From contig JAUCBJ010002979.1 in assembly GCA_032718475.1 (NCBI GenBank), positions 1-64,000 on the forward strand: a stretch of 64,000 nucleotides of DNA, given 5' to 3'. Below the pieces are notes generated by a model. That model was not told the DNA's origin. It did no database searches and was given only the letters and a program-made list of their open reading frames with translations. Shown here in pieces: positions 50,522 through 63,569 of the stretch; the first letter of the stretch is position 1; every line of letters starts with the position of its first letter. Position numbers and translations under genes: made by a program. Source of the stretch: Nemertoderma westbladi. Taxonomy: Eukaryota; Animalia; Xenacoelomorpha.

Positions 50522-51304
50522 TCTGTTGTAGGCCTAGGTATTAATTCCTGCTAAGATCTATAAACTTAATTAAGTAGAAAACATTTAGATAAGTATATTT
50601 GTGCCAAACGTTTTGCTATTTTGCAGTTTGTCTTAAGTTGTGGCAGAACCATGTATAATATTAATAGTTGGACGTTGACAGGTATATATATATCTACAAC
50701 AAAAACAATTCAAAATTAAATCCCTCTATATTACGTATAAGCAGTGTAGTTGAATATAACAGGTATTTGTTGATTAGAGTATTGCATGTTAGGAGCCAAG
50801 ATTTTTTTAAGACATTCCTCATTCTTATGTCCCGCTGTGCAACATATATGTGTTGATATTATCTATATATTATTTGAACTTGGCAACCGCATCCATCTGA
50901 GGGATATAAAATTGAGCGGGTGATACTTTCATGTAACTCTTATCGATTACTGGAATGTTATATTTACAAAGGTGAATGTGCTGTGCTGCCCAATAGGAAT
51001 GTATACAAAGATATTACAAACTACATAACGAGTAAATTAGTGTAAGATGGAAATTATGACCGATCAATTTATAATGGGTGCCTTAATTAATGGTATGATA
51101 AACTTGCAAACAATAACTTCTTATATAAGTTACTTCCTTCCGAAAAGGCAAGTTAATTACTGGAAAACCAACGAACCATATTAGTTGATACTCAATCAGG
51201 GACGCCATCTAACATAACTAACAGAAATGTGCCAGTTCTATATTTATATTATGTATTTATTACACAGTCGTGATTTCTACTAATTCAAAAAATTACTTTT
51301 TTAG

Positions 51305-52300
51305 CATTCTACCAACCTACAGTACCAACCAACCGACCTACCAAGATACCGACCTAACAACATGCCAACCTACCGACTTACCAACCTACCAACAGGCCGA
51401 CATCCAACCTTCCATCCTACCAACCTACAGTACCAACCAACCGACCTTCCATCCTACCAACCTACAGTACCAACCTACCGACCGAGCTACCAATCTTACA
51501 ACATACCGACCTACCAACATACCGACCTACCAATATACCGACCTGCCAACCTACCGATCTACCAACATACCGTCCTACCAACAAAGTGACCTAACAACAT
51601 ACCGACCTACCAATATACCGACCTGCCAACCTACCGATCTACCAACATAGCGAACTACCAACATAGTGACCTACCAACATACCGATCTACCAACCAAGCA
51701 ACATACCGACCTATAAACCGGCCAACCTGCCGACCTACCAACCTACCGACTTACCAACCCACCGACCTACCCACTTACCAACCTACCGACCTATAAACCT
51801 GCCAGCCTACCGACTTACCAACCTACCGACAGACCAACCTACCGACGTACCAACCTACAGACCTACCAACCAATCAACCTACCGACCTATAAACCTACTA
51901 ACCTTCCGACTTACCAACCTACCGACTTACCAACCAATTAACCTACCGACCTATCAACCTTCCAACCCACCGACTTACCAACCTACCGACCTATAAACCT
52001 GCCAGCCTACCGACTTACCAACCTACCGACTTACCAACCCACAGACCTAACAACCAATCAACCTACCGACCTATAAACCTGCCAACCTACCGACTTGCCA
52101 ACCTACCGATCTGCCCACTTACCAACCTACCAACCTATAAACCTGCCAACCTACCGACTTACCAACCTACCGACCTATCGACTCACCAACCTACAGACCT
52201 ACCAACCAATCAACCTACCGACCTATAAACCTGCCAACCTACCGACTTACCAACCTACCGAAATATCAACCTATCGACTTGCCATCCTACCGACCTACCA
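51305..52300 (-). repeat. Degenerate tetranucleotide-based repeat (ACCT/ACCA/ACCG/ACTT)n
   Basis: About 1 kb of CCTACCGACTTACCAA-like units; the minus strand reads GGTAGGTTGGTAAGTCGGTAGG. Confidence 0.9.
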
Positions 52301-52868
52301 ATCGAACGTGAGTGGGTCTAATAATTGGATGGCTTGGTTGGTCGCTTATAACTCTTCTGCTACTGAGGGTCTTGGATTCGGAGATCTGTCGACCAACTTC
52401 GAATACTAAAGCGGAAGGCGGTTGCATTATGGCCTGTATTGAATAAACTACCAAGGGTATAAAATTAGCTGGAATCACTCGTTTTCACTGAACGTAAAAT
52501 TAACGGTCAGCAGTGGATCATACTCTCTGCTATATGGTAACCCATGCTTGGCTCAAGCTGAAATGACACCAGATATCTTGTTGGTAGATACAGACTAGGA
52601 TACTGCAGGGTTTGTGGCATACAGTAGAGTGCAATGCCACGTAACAAACGAGGCGCAGTACACTCTCGGGAGAGAATCGACAAAACGCAGCAAAACCCGG
52701 AAGGATCTACGGAAGCGACTTGACGGTCACTGCCATTGCAAATACCTACCGGTATAAACAGTAGGTGATGATCTCGTTCTAAAATAAACGGTTGGCGAGA
52801 GGAGGGAAGGTGGTGGTCGGCCATTGACATTCATAAAATAAAAAGAAAAAGAAAAGAAAATAAAATAA

Positions 52869-52940
52869 AAAGAAACTGATCTTGGTAATGCAGATGAATT
52901 GGGGATTTACATGGCGGATCGCGACGTGTGGAGTTGTTGA
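52869..52940 (+). mobile_element. Tiny RTE-LINE C-terminal fragment, opposite orientation to its neighbour
   Basis: KETDLGNADELGIYMADRDVWSC* resembles KDTGLENADDLANVMGDRELWR of the adjacent element. Confidence 0.55.
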
Positions 52941-53180
52941 GATGCGGGGCCAACCCGTATATTATATGCTTATGTAATTATTTTGCAGTTTTGCATAAGT
53001 GGTACGGCTGGTGCCTAGTATGGATGAGTTGAGTCCAGCCAATGCATTTATCAGAAGTGGATGAAAAGATGTAGCATCTGTAAGAACTGTTTGTGGTTTT
53101 GGATGGAGAGATGTAACCCCAACCACTGATTGTACCAACTACTACTACTACGATCGGCATGCTGCATTGCAGCTGCATTT

Positions 53181-54075
53181 TTAAGAATGCTGTGCCGGCT
53201 TATCGACAAAATTGCGCCGCCACAACTCCCTATCACCCATGACATTTGCTAGATCATCCGCATTTTCAAGGCCAGTGTCCTTTAAGATGCGTCTTAAGAA
53301 AGTCATGGGCTGTCCACCATGCTTATTCACTCCATGAGGCTGCCAAAGTACAAGATTATGCACTGGCTGGTCCTCACGGCGAAAGCAATGTCCTGCAAAG
53401 CGGAGGCGATTTTGTTCTAGTGTCAAGCTTGGGAGAACCAATGAAACACCTCCAATGTTATATAGTGTCTGGTTGGAGATGAGTGCATTGTACTTGACAC
53501 AATGAACCCGGCGTAGCATTCTTGTGAATGTGCCATCCAGAGATTTGGTGTCCTCAGCAGTTAGAGCCCAGCATGGAATCCCATAGAGGAGTACTGGAAC
53601 TACTGCTGCTCTAAATAATCGGACCTTAAGTTTCCGATTAATTCTCGGTGACTTCCAAATCCTGGAAAGCCTATTCAAGGCTGCCCATGCCTTTCCCTTA
53701 CGTATTCGAAGGTCCCTCACCTGACATCCGGATCCATGATCCCAGGTAACAGAAGTCATCCACATGCTCAAGCATACCATCTTTTGAGCTTATGCTCATC
53801 CGATCAGAGACTTGCTGAGGACTTTCAAAGTTAACTGTCAAAATTTTGGTCTTTCTGGAGTTAATAAAAAGACCAACGCTAGAAGCAGCATGTTCTAATG
53901 TGCTGAGGAGCCGTTGGGCTCCCTCTAGTGATTCTGAGAGTACTCCTAAGTCATCAGCAAAGTCTAGATCAGTTAGGTACTTGGCAGGATTTCCTCGACT
54001 TCTGGAGCCAGTAGGTGGAGTTATCATCACCCCATCATCATTATGATGATCTAAGGACATGCGTAGAACAGATTG
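53181..54075 (-). mobile_element. 5'-truncated RTE-clade LINE reverse transcriptase fragment with one frameshift
   Basis: LTDLDFADDL (RT motif), GLFINSRKTK, FCYLGSWI; after a frameshift near 53720, DLRIRKGKAW..LFRAAVVPVLLYG..W..RLRFAGH. Confidence 0.92.
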
Positions 54076-54781
54076 TACCAAAACATAAATGAAACACAAA
54101 AATTTATCAACCAACTTAGGGACTTTTATCCAACGTTTATCCCAACTCGTGTTGTCTCCTGCACACGTACAGTACGTGGTGGAATTTGTCCTCTGATTAA
54201 AGAGCATCCATAAAATCCTTTTTTTCACATACCGAACGCTGATAAGTTGACATAATGTAACAAAATTACATACATCTTTGAGTGCAAAGGTTAATTACTT
54301 TTCAGATTTATAAAAAACCTTGTTTACTTATGTAAACCTCGCACGCTGCTCTCGCTCGGTACATAAATACACTCCGGTCACAAGCACAACGCTGTAAAGT
54401 GCTACTTTGCACACAATGATGTAAATTGTTATTCGCCACTAATTGAATGCCACCCCAAATTAGGTGATTTAACACCAAAATAAATTATTTTCCACCAAAT
54501 ATATAATTTTTGTAGCATCAATTCACATCCCCCAATATTGAATATCCCTCTCACCAAAAACAATTATCATCCCCCAATAACAATTATTCGCCCCCCAAAA
54601 ACAATTATTGATTCCCCAAAAAACAATTATTCATCCCCCCAAAACAATTATTATTCCCCAAAAAACAATTATTATACCCCCAAAAACAATTATTGATTCC
54701 CCAAAAACAATTATTCATCACCGAAAAATAATTACTTGTCAACCAAAAAAAATTATTCCAGCACCAAATATTTTATATTAA

Positions 54782-55913
54782 CCCTATTACCACTGGGGGG
54801 GGGGGGGGGGGGGGGGGGCGAATCGGCCCCTTCCTAGTTTTTAATTTAATTTTTAATTTAATTGGTACCAGCCCAATTTTTTACGAGAATTTTTCAAATT
54901 TAATGGCGCATCTTTTGCAAAAAACGGCGTTGCAATTAGATTTCAACTTTTCGATGTTGGTGCCACCTCAAAATTTGGTCCCCAGCAGAAATTTTTTTGA
55001 AATTTTCGAATTTTACAAGGTCATTTGTGAGTTAGAAATTTTTTATATAGGGGCTTTTTTTTATTGATTCTGATTTGTATGGAGCACTCTACTACTCTAT
55101 ATAAGTATGTAAGGGACGTGGTACGTAATTTTTGGTGCACTATAATTAGGGCGTGGCACTTCAAACTTTCAAAATTGCAATATTCGTTAAATACTCCGAA
55201 GTTTTGATTTCAACGCATTTTTATGGTTTTCTGGCCCGCTTAATCGATTGAAAGTAATATAGAAGTCTCAATTCTCAATGGTACATCATTTTTGGTGCAC
55301 CAAAATTAGGGCATGGCAAGTCTTGCTCAAAATCAACTTTGCTTTATTTTCGGAATCTCGTATTTTTCCATATTTGAAGTGCCATGCACCCTAATTTTGG
55401 TGCTCCAAAAAGGACGATCCACTAAGTCTTCAGGCTTCGATAATATTTGCAATCGATTCAGCGGTCCAGACAACCTATAAAAACGCGTTGAAATCAAAAT
55501 ATGGGGAAATTTTCCGAATATCGTATTTTTCAAAATTTGAAGTGCCACGCCCACTTCTTAGGTGCACGAAAAATAGCATCCAGTTCAATTTTTGGAAATG
55601 GAATATAATCACATTCGATTCAGCGTAGTGAAAAACCTACTAATGCTAGCCAACAATGGCACACTATCAGTTTTTAGAATATCAAAAAAATGTATATTTT
55701 GTCCTGGGACTACTTATATTTTTCATGAAAATTATAATACCCACCTTATGAAGTTTTCATTTTTTTGGATTTGAAAATGTTCTTCGATAATTTTTTCACC
55801 TTCAACCCAAATTTCGTAGGATTTTATTGGATGATTACAAAAATACAGCGAGGGGGCCGAATCGACCCCCCGCCTGTGCTGCTAATGGTCTAAACATCCC
55901 AGTGGTAATAGGG
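54782..55913. mobile_element. piggyBac-type non-autonomous element
   Basis: TTAA|CCCTATTACCACTGGG ... CCCAGTGGTAATAGGG|TTAA: perfect 16-bp TIR and TTAA TSD, with internal inverted repeats at about 55130-55575. Confidence 0.9.
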
Positions 55914-56116
55914 TTAAAGTAAAAAGTAAATTTTCTTCGGCCGCTAGGCCAGGGATTACGCACAAAGTCTTACGACTTATTTCCAGTGCGGTCCCCCCAG
56001 AACTTTACTCCCCAGAGGAAACTCCAGTACTCATTTAGCTACCACTTAAGGATGCAAGGCAGAGATGCGCCCTGGCTGGTCCCTTTAAAGCATTCGTGCC
56101 GAAACGAAAACTGCCC

Positions 56117-56222
56117 TGGCCCATGTGAGGATCGAACCCACGACCTACAGGAGATGTGAATTCAATGCAACCACTACACCAAGGTGGAACCCAGGTTAAA
56201 TCCTGGTATTCTTCACATGGGC
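56117..56222 (-). mobile_element. tRNA-like head flanked by GCCCATGTGA inverted repeats
   Basis: Minus strand: GCCCATGTGAAGAATACCAGG...TGGTGTAGTGG (A-box)...GGTTCGATCC (B-box) TCACATGGGCC. Confidence 0.55.
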
Positions 56223-57425
56223 GTATGCTTCAGTCTTCAGTTACAGTATTCCTGCCGATAGGCTGTATTGGGCTTCCGTAGTTATTACGTTTCGTACCGA
56301 TGCAGCGATGTACGTACAGTATTACTGTATTAGCAGATTAGGCCTACTTCAGTTTCAGTATTCGTACCTATAGGCCTATTGCAGTATTGCATATCTATTA
56401 TTGTCTATGGCCTATTACTTTTTCTGTTATTAGGTTTCAGTATTACGGCAGTACTGAAGTTTTTGTCTAACTTCCAGGAAGTGCAAGGCCTATTGCTCTG
56501 TTGCTGCAGTAGTACTGTAGTACTGTAGTATAGCCTAGTCTGTAGTATTTATTTTGGGTGATTAGGCCTACAGGATTATGTATTTATTTTGGGCAAAAAT
56601 GTGTTTGTTTTGGGGGAATATGTATTTATTTTGGGCGAAAATGTACTGGTATTTGTTTTGGGGGAAAATGTATTTGAAAAGGTATTTCTGTATTTTATGC
56701 TGAAGTGTATTTGTTTTGGGGGAAAATGTATTTATTTTGGGCTAAATGAAATGTAGGTATTTCAGTACGGTATTTGTTTCTTGGCAGTTTGGGGGAAAAT
56801 GTATTTGTTTTGGGAAAATTTGTAATTATTTTGGGGGTTTTGGCATTTATTTTGGTGCTAATAATTGGTTTTGGGAAGCATTTATTTATTTTGGTAGGCC
56901 CCTATTGAATAATTGGTTTTGGCAGTTTGGTGTTGAATAATTTTTTTTGGTTTTGAAAAATTTATTTTGGCTGTTTGGTGTTTGAATAATTTTATTTGGG
57001 GTGACTTTATTTAATTTGGTATAAAATAATTTTTTTTGGTGAAATTTTCATCAATTTTGGGATGACTTTAATTGGTACCGGTAGCCATTCCATTGCTGCA
57101 TTGTTATTATTGCCATTGTGTTTTTATTGTTCTTTTCCCGTTTTATGAAACAAAACTTATCAGATGTTATTCTGTTATTGTACCATACTGCCAGACTGAA
57201 CTGCTGCAGTACCGGTCAGCCGGTAGTTGTAGTAGTAGCAGTAGGCCTACTACTAGCTGTAGCTGACTAGAAGTACGGTACAGATTTAGGCCTTGTATAA
57301 CTGCTGAACTGTGAACTGTAGAAGTTAGTTCTCTAGCTAGTTCTGTTTCTGAACGACTGAACCCAATTTTACCGACTTACTGCTTTACCGTACTGTCGTA
57401 CGCGTGCGTAAAGACAGACAGGGTT

Positions 57426-57650
57426 ATGGGGAGGAAGAATAGAGTTGCTCAGCAGACAAACTCCCGCCGTCGACCTGTGCTAGATCTGGGAGGAGCGACA
57501 ACTGGCACCGGTACTATTGGGAGATCGAATAATCTGTCAGCTCCATTTGGAATCGTTGACGATTACGGTACGGGCAGTGATTCCGACTCGGAAAAACGTA
57601 TTAATGTCAATGTTGATGAAATTGACTCAAAATTGTCTGAATTCTTGGCT
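57426..57650 (+). CDS. FNBP4: Formin-binding protein 4, exon 1
   Basis: MGRK...RRPVLDL...EIDSKLSEFLA|gtaagt resembles recalled FNBP4 MGKK...RRPILQL...DIDSTLANFLAEI. Confidence 0.85.
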
Positions 57651-58771
57651 GTAAGTATGAAGTACCGGTGCGGTGCTGTCAGCGTGTCAGGCAGTTACGA
57701 GTTATAGTATCATTATTATTATATAGCTGTATAGAGTTATCGTATAGGCCTACCCAGATACCGGCAACCGGTCTGCCGGTAGCAAAAAATAGGACTATAA
57801 TTGTAATAAGTAACCCAGTAAACTATGTTATTGAGTTAGGCCTATCGTTTATTGTTTTGGTTTGAAAACATCGTCACTGTAACCTGCTCCAGGCTCTTTT
57901 TACCACAGGTACGCATATGAACGATAACCACAATCACAATTAGTGCGATGTGTGAAATGTTATCCCTATCCGCAACCTGGGAAACGGCCCAAAGAGCAGT
58001 TTATTTTGCTGATGATGGTTATAATAAATATAATATCTATAATACTGTAATATAATATAAATAATAGATATAATATATAACATTAAATAGTCGTAACTAC
58101 AGTATCTTAAACGGTAGGGTATCGATTTTTCTTTTTAGGCTTTGAATTATTTTTAATTATATTTTATTTCTGTGTTTAATAGTATATGAATTGGAGTTGA
58201 GCTGTTAATGCAACAAACTCTATTAAAGGTGTAATATTATGGTTTTGTTCAGAAATGGAAAAAAATTAGAAAGCGCTTCACCGGGGGTTGAACCAGGGCT
58301 ATACGTACGTTTCAACCTATCAGGCCTCATCAGTACCGCTAACTAGTTAAGCCACTTGTCCCTGACATTCACTCTCCCACCTAATCCACTTCTATTGAAC
58401 GGGCAATCTTAAGTTTCAATCCTGATTTGTTCTTCCTGATTGTATTTTAATTTAATTAAAGTTGCATTAACACTAACAGTTCCACTCGAATTAATTTAAA
58501 TAGGCCTAATTTTATGTTATTTTTAATTCGATTGTCTATTAAAAACCAATCCACAGTTGGTTTTGGCGTTCCGTTAATGCATCATCTTTTAATAGTTCAT
58601 TTAACCCTAAATACTGACTAGTTGTATATATTAATTTCTACCTAATGACAGTGCTTTATCTTGTACCGGTACTCTAACGGGCCGTGTTAAACTTTTGTTT
58701 ATTGTTTTGGTTCCTTCCACCCGTATCTGTTTCCTGCTCCTGTATTAACCAATTGACTGTGTTAATTTTAG

Positions 58772-58923
58772 GAGATTGAAAATATAGATGAAAATGATCC
58801 CACCAGTGCCGGTACTTTAGCTGAAAATCCTAAATCGCAAACAGCGTCGGATAAACTGCGAGCAGAGTCAGATATCGCCAAACCTAAAGGGAATTCTATT
58901 GAGGAATTTGAATGGCAAGAATG
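58772..58923 (+). CDS. FNBP4: FNBP4, exon 2
   Basis: ttttag|GAG ATT...TGG CAA GAA TG|gtgagt; continues FLA-EI and begins the WW domain (WQE). Confidence 0.87.
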
Positions 58924-58940
58924 GTGAGTTAACTTTAACA

Positions 58941-61497
58941 TTATCTATCGCCTTGGTGGGATAAATATTTCTCCATTTGACGCAACACCGCCGCGGCCGC
59001 TATGAGGGAGGTGAATACCGCGGCCGCTCCTAAAGCCGCAGGCCATCGCTAACTATATAGGTTAACTTGGGATTCTGGGGGACTTTTCGATGAAGGAACA
59101 GACCAATTTTTTTTATTTTCTCACCAGAGGAGCGGCTCGGAATTCTAAGATATTAGCAACTCTAACATTATTAAATCTAACCCTTCGACGGACACGGCGG
59201 ACAAAAAACCGTCATTTTTTCGACAATTTTAAAATTTTTTTGAAAGGCGCTCTACAGTGGCTCGAAAAAACCCTAGGTTATTGCTTAGCCGACGCCGGGA
59301 TACGATAGAAGTGATTAATTAGTGAATTCGTTTTTTTTTTCAAAAAAGATTACCACGCCTTTTTTCCGAAAATGTCCGTCAAAGTTGAAAAAACTGACAA
59401 AATGACTTTGCGGGATCCGCTATAACTCGGCTAATATTAATCGTACGGGGACGAAAGTAACGCGGTTGGAAAGGGGAAGAGTGGTACTACCTTCGTATCG
59501 AATGGGGGTAAGATATTTATTACAATTTCGGGTGGAAAAAGGGGCTGTAAATTTGTACGTTTTTGTCAGTCTTTTTTGGAAAACTTATTTCCGAAATGTT
59601 TAATTCGACAACGCGGGTAGGAATCCACTAATTCTTTTATGAAACTCGTAGAAGACCATTGGGGCTACGTTCCTATCGAATGGGGGTAGAAAAAATATGT
59701 CGGCAATTGGGGCCAAAAAGGGCCAGAATTTGTAAAGTAGTTTTTATCGAATAATTTTTTATTTTTAACTTTAGTTGGTTAAGGTACATTCTATACAGTC
59801 AATATCCATACGGGGAATTCAAATATGCTATCGGTTTTGCTCCAAGGATGATATTAAAAAAATGAGGCCCAAAATTATAATTTCGCGCTTCAAACTTGCT
59901 TCGCGGGAAATCGTCTAGCTCGAAAACTACTTAGCTTACGGGAGATTTGTTTACACAGACTTATAGTGCGTTAAATTATCTATCTAACAGCGTTAATCAC
60001 AGCGCCGGAGGTATTATAAAACTGGAGCGGCAGGCGATCGTGTGAAATATAATATTTATAAAAAGGGACGAAACATTTTTTTTTTAACAAATCGCTATTC
60101 CATTATAATTTAGCGTATTGCGCCAAAAGTACCTGTAAAAAGTATCAAATTAACTCCGCTATCTTTTATCTTAACATATATAATTAAAATTACGAATTTT
60201 AAGGGTCGAAAAATATCGCGTTATTTTGGCCCTTTTTTTTAATTTTTTTGGGGCCAAAAATAACCCCTTCTCAAAAGATTAAGAAAAAAATTACGGCAAA
60301 GAATATACCAATTTTATGGAATTTGGACCACCAGAACCGAAGTTAGAGCGATTTTAGTGAAAAAATAAAAATAATTTTTTTGCAAAAAAATTAAGAATGG
60401 TCAGGTCAATATTGGATTTCGAACCCGCGAACTTAGGTTTCATTAACGTGATTGATAACCACTAGACTATGTGACCAAGTGAATTTGAAATTTTCGAGTG
60501 ACTAATTTTAAACATCAATAACTTCGGTTCTACTGGGCCGTTTAATCTGAAACTTTTTTCATTGGATAGAGGATAGATTGTAGTGTGTGAAATAGGATAA
60601 AACTTGGGAAAAGACTTATGTGCACTTAGTGCAAAATGCACTTAAATAGTGAACATTTTTTCTATATTTCAAACACTGTTATTTCCAGTTCTATTCATCG
60701 TAGAATGTTATTTTTTGGATTAAAATGTAGTTTGGAATGATTTCTAACTATAATCGTAACATTTGTTTAACTTTTTATGTATATAAAGTGACTTAAAAAT
60801 GTCCATGAATATGGTCCAAAATCGCAAATCCAGATTTATTAAATTGGATTTTTGACACTTTTAGCGACTGTCACTTGATCATACACCATCGTAGATCGGT
60901 AGAGGATAAACATAAGTTTGTTAAATAAGATCCACCATTACGATCTGCTAAAGTGCATTTGTACAAATAAGTGTGCAAAAGTGCAAATTTTTTAATAAGG
61001 TCAAATTATATAGTATTGGGTTCTTTTCTTTGCAGATACTTTATTTTCATATTAATATGTTGTTTGAACCTTACTGAGCGCATTAGGGGATATGCGTACA
61101 AATAACCGGCCCTTATGAGGCGTCGATTGGGTAAATTAATAAAACATAAGGTTGTATAGTATACTATTCTAAAAACCAGTGTGATATTAAATGCACTTTA
61201 AATAATAAATAGAAATCAAATAACAATTGGACCACACAATTAAAAACTCGTACAATTTTGTACTTATTATATCGCTTCAAATTATTTCAACAGTGGATAT
61301 TTGTGGGAAGGGGGAAGTTACAGTGTGCATTCGGGGGAAGTTTGGTGAACTGCATTTATGCAGTGAATCCAAACTTCCCCCTTTGATATATCATATACTT
61401 AAGACATGCTAGGGTGACGGGGAAATATTTGTTACTGTCACACTTTGCTTCCATTTATCCTATCCTTTATTATTACCCCAGTCAGATAAGAGATAAT
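58941..61497. mobile_element. Probable non-autonomous transposon-derived block filling most of FNBP4 intron 2
   Basis: Internal dispersed repeats (for example TATCGAATGGGGGTA twice), a tRNA-like segment at 60405-60477 (-), weak TTATCT/AGATAA termini, no coding capacity. Class unresolved. Confidence 0.3.
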
Positions 61498-62048
61498 AAA
61501 TCAGTAAAAACTAAACTAAACTGTCTTTCATGCAAACAAATTTCTAACTAAAGACGGGTGAATGACCATGACCATGGAAATAATTTTAAATATAATTGTA
61601 TATCAACTACTTGGGGAGGCTTCCAAGTTAAACCCGAAAACAATTATTTTGTTACATATATAGTAAATAACGTTGTATGTTCTTCTTCCTCTCATAAGAA
61701 AATATAAATGAAATATCTCAGATAGCTATGCCCTGTAACATTTCACAACCAAAATATTTAAGTGTGAAAAGTGTAGGCCTACCACACTCCGCCCAAACAA
61801 CCGCAAACGCATAGCCAACAAATTTAACAAAAGGTTACATACATGTTGGGTTCATGACGAGATGAGTGAAAATTGATCGCGTAATATAAAGTAAAAAATT
61901 AAGAGACGGGCTGGCTCTCCTCCACTTTCTTACCCAATGGATATGTTGTTGTAATAATCTAATATTGGGGCGGCTTTCTCTCGGTGCTTTACAGTAGTTT
62001 CTTTAAATGTTCTAGAATATTATATTATCCCTACGTTTTTGTTTGCAG

Positions 62049-62170
62049 TTACGACGATTCAGTTGGACACGTTTACTATTGGAACACTGTCACTAACACT
62101 GTGCAATGGGGAACACCCTCAACCTACCGACCAATAGATTCTACTAATAATTACCATTTATCACTACAAG
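62049..62170 (+). CDS. FNBP4: FNBP4, exon 3 (WW domain)
   Basis: ttgcag|T TAC GAC...CAA G|gtatgt; the spliced product WQECYDDSVGHVYYWNTVTNTVQWGTP is a canonical WW domain. Confidence 0.9.
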
Positions 62171-63496
62171 GTATGTCTTCGGTAGAAAAACTCTTGTTTA
62201 TTTTAATATTAATACCTACGTTGTTCCTAGAACCTCTTTCATTAGCGGTTCCGGTACCACAGTAACTCAGTTACCTAAATATTGTTCATATATTTGATAA
62301 ATTAGCTACTTATTTATATTATACCGATACTTAATAACATTTTTTTACATTTTCTACAAATTCGTTCTAAATAAAATATACCACGGTAGATAATTTATCT
62401 TTATTAATGATTATTTTCATAATTCAGTGTTTTTGTTTAATTTTCTTACTAATTATCGGATTGGGGCAGATCGTATTATATTAAAACTTATTAATTCCAT
62501 TATGTTTTTGATCTGATTTCACAAACGCAGGTAATATTCGGGTGAGGCGGTGGTTTATTCAGTAAGTGTAAGTAAATAAATAGCATAATTCCGTTACAGA
62601 CGTGTACAACTCAATATTCTAGAATTCTGCTATGGGACTTCCCAGGGTCAAGTCTGGCTTATATATTTTATCTAATTTCTAATTTTTTTTCATTTTATCC
62701 TAAATCTATTTTTCACACATTTTAATAAATTTCTCACTAAATTTTCAATGTCGACAATTACGACTCATCAGACTAAACTTAATCACGGCAATACTATTTG
62801 ATATTTGGCGCGTTTAGAACCAACAAATCGCAACCAGTGAACTGCAATTCAATGCAACTGGAATCAGCTCAGTGCGACACTGGGTGTGTATCCCACTGGC
62901 AGCACATCCGTACCTGTAGTTGTAGTTGAACTTATGTAACCCAACCTTTTCCTTCTATTGGTTAATTGCAACTGATAGCTAACTGTTATTTTAACAAATT
63001 CTGCACAATCGGAAAGTGCTGGCAGTAATCGGTCGGCAGTTCTCCAGTCTGCCGCTAGATTATCTTCCCCTTGTCCTTCATCTTAATTTGGTTAATCGAA
63101 ATCTTTGAATATAATATGTACTAACTATACCACATTGATGTGTCTTTGTGAAGGTGATCGGTCCCAATGCTAAATGATAATAATACTAAACGAATTACTA
63201 TTAAAAAAATAAATCACCGGGCCGCACGCAGTCCGTGATATTTCTCTAAATATTTATTTGGGTGAATTTTTCGAGAAAATGTAGTGAAAAATTGTTAATA
63301 TATAATATTATTAAGGCGAAAAATATTTCCCTTTTTGTAAGAGACTAAGATATTTTCCTCAGTGAAGTAAAGGAAATCCAACCAACATAGAGTTGGCGCT
63401 TTATTTATAGACAACAGTTTGAAACTAATATGCCTTACTTTGACAGACTTGAAAGTAGTGTGTTGCGTGTGATAGTGGCAATATAGTAACCCGTAG

Positions 63497-63547
63497 ATGG
63501 GAGTGTCGACTCGACATACATGGTAGATCATATCGGTGACATCGAAG
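63497..63547 (+). CDS. FNBP4: FNBP4, candidate exon 4
   Basis: ccgtag|AT GGG AGT...ATC GAA G|gtagtt; 51 bp, phase 1-1, compatible with exon 3; weak pyrimidine tract. Confidence 0.45.
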
Positions 63548-63569
63548 GTAGTTTGTGTTAACGGACAGC

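Larger units (their letters stand above)
54440..57065. mobile_element. Degenerate foldback-like inverted arms enclosing younger insertions
   Basis: CCCCAAAAACAATTATT-type subrepeats at 54440-54775 are mirrored by AATAATT/TATTTGTTTTGGGG subrepeats at 56545-57065. Boundaries approximate. Confidence 0.45.

Noticed and set aside
1729-54818. Numerous poly-G/poly-C runs of about 12-23 nt
   Set aside because: Scattered homopolymers, several inside MITE arms; no consistent positional pattern, and lengths are unreliable in assemblies.
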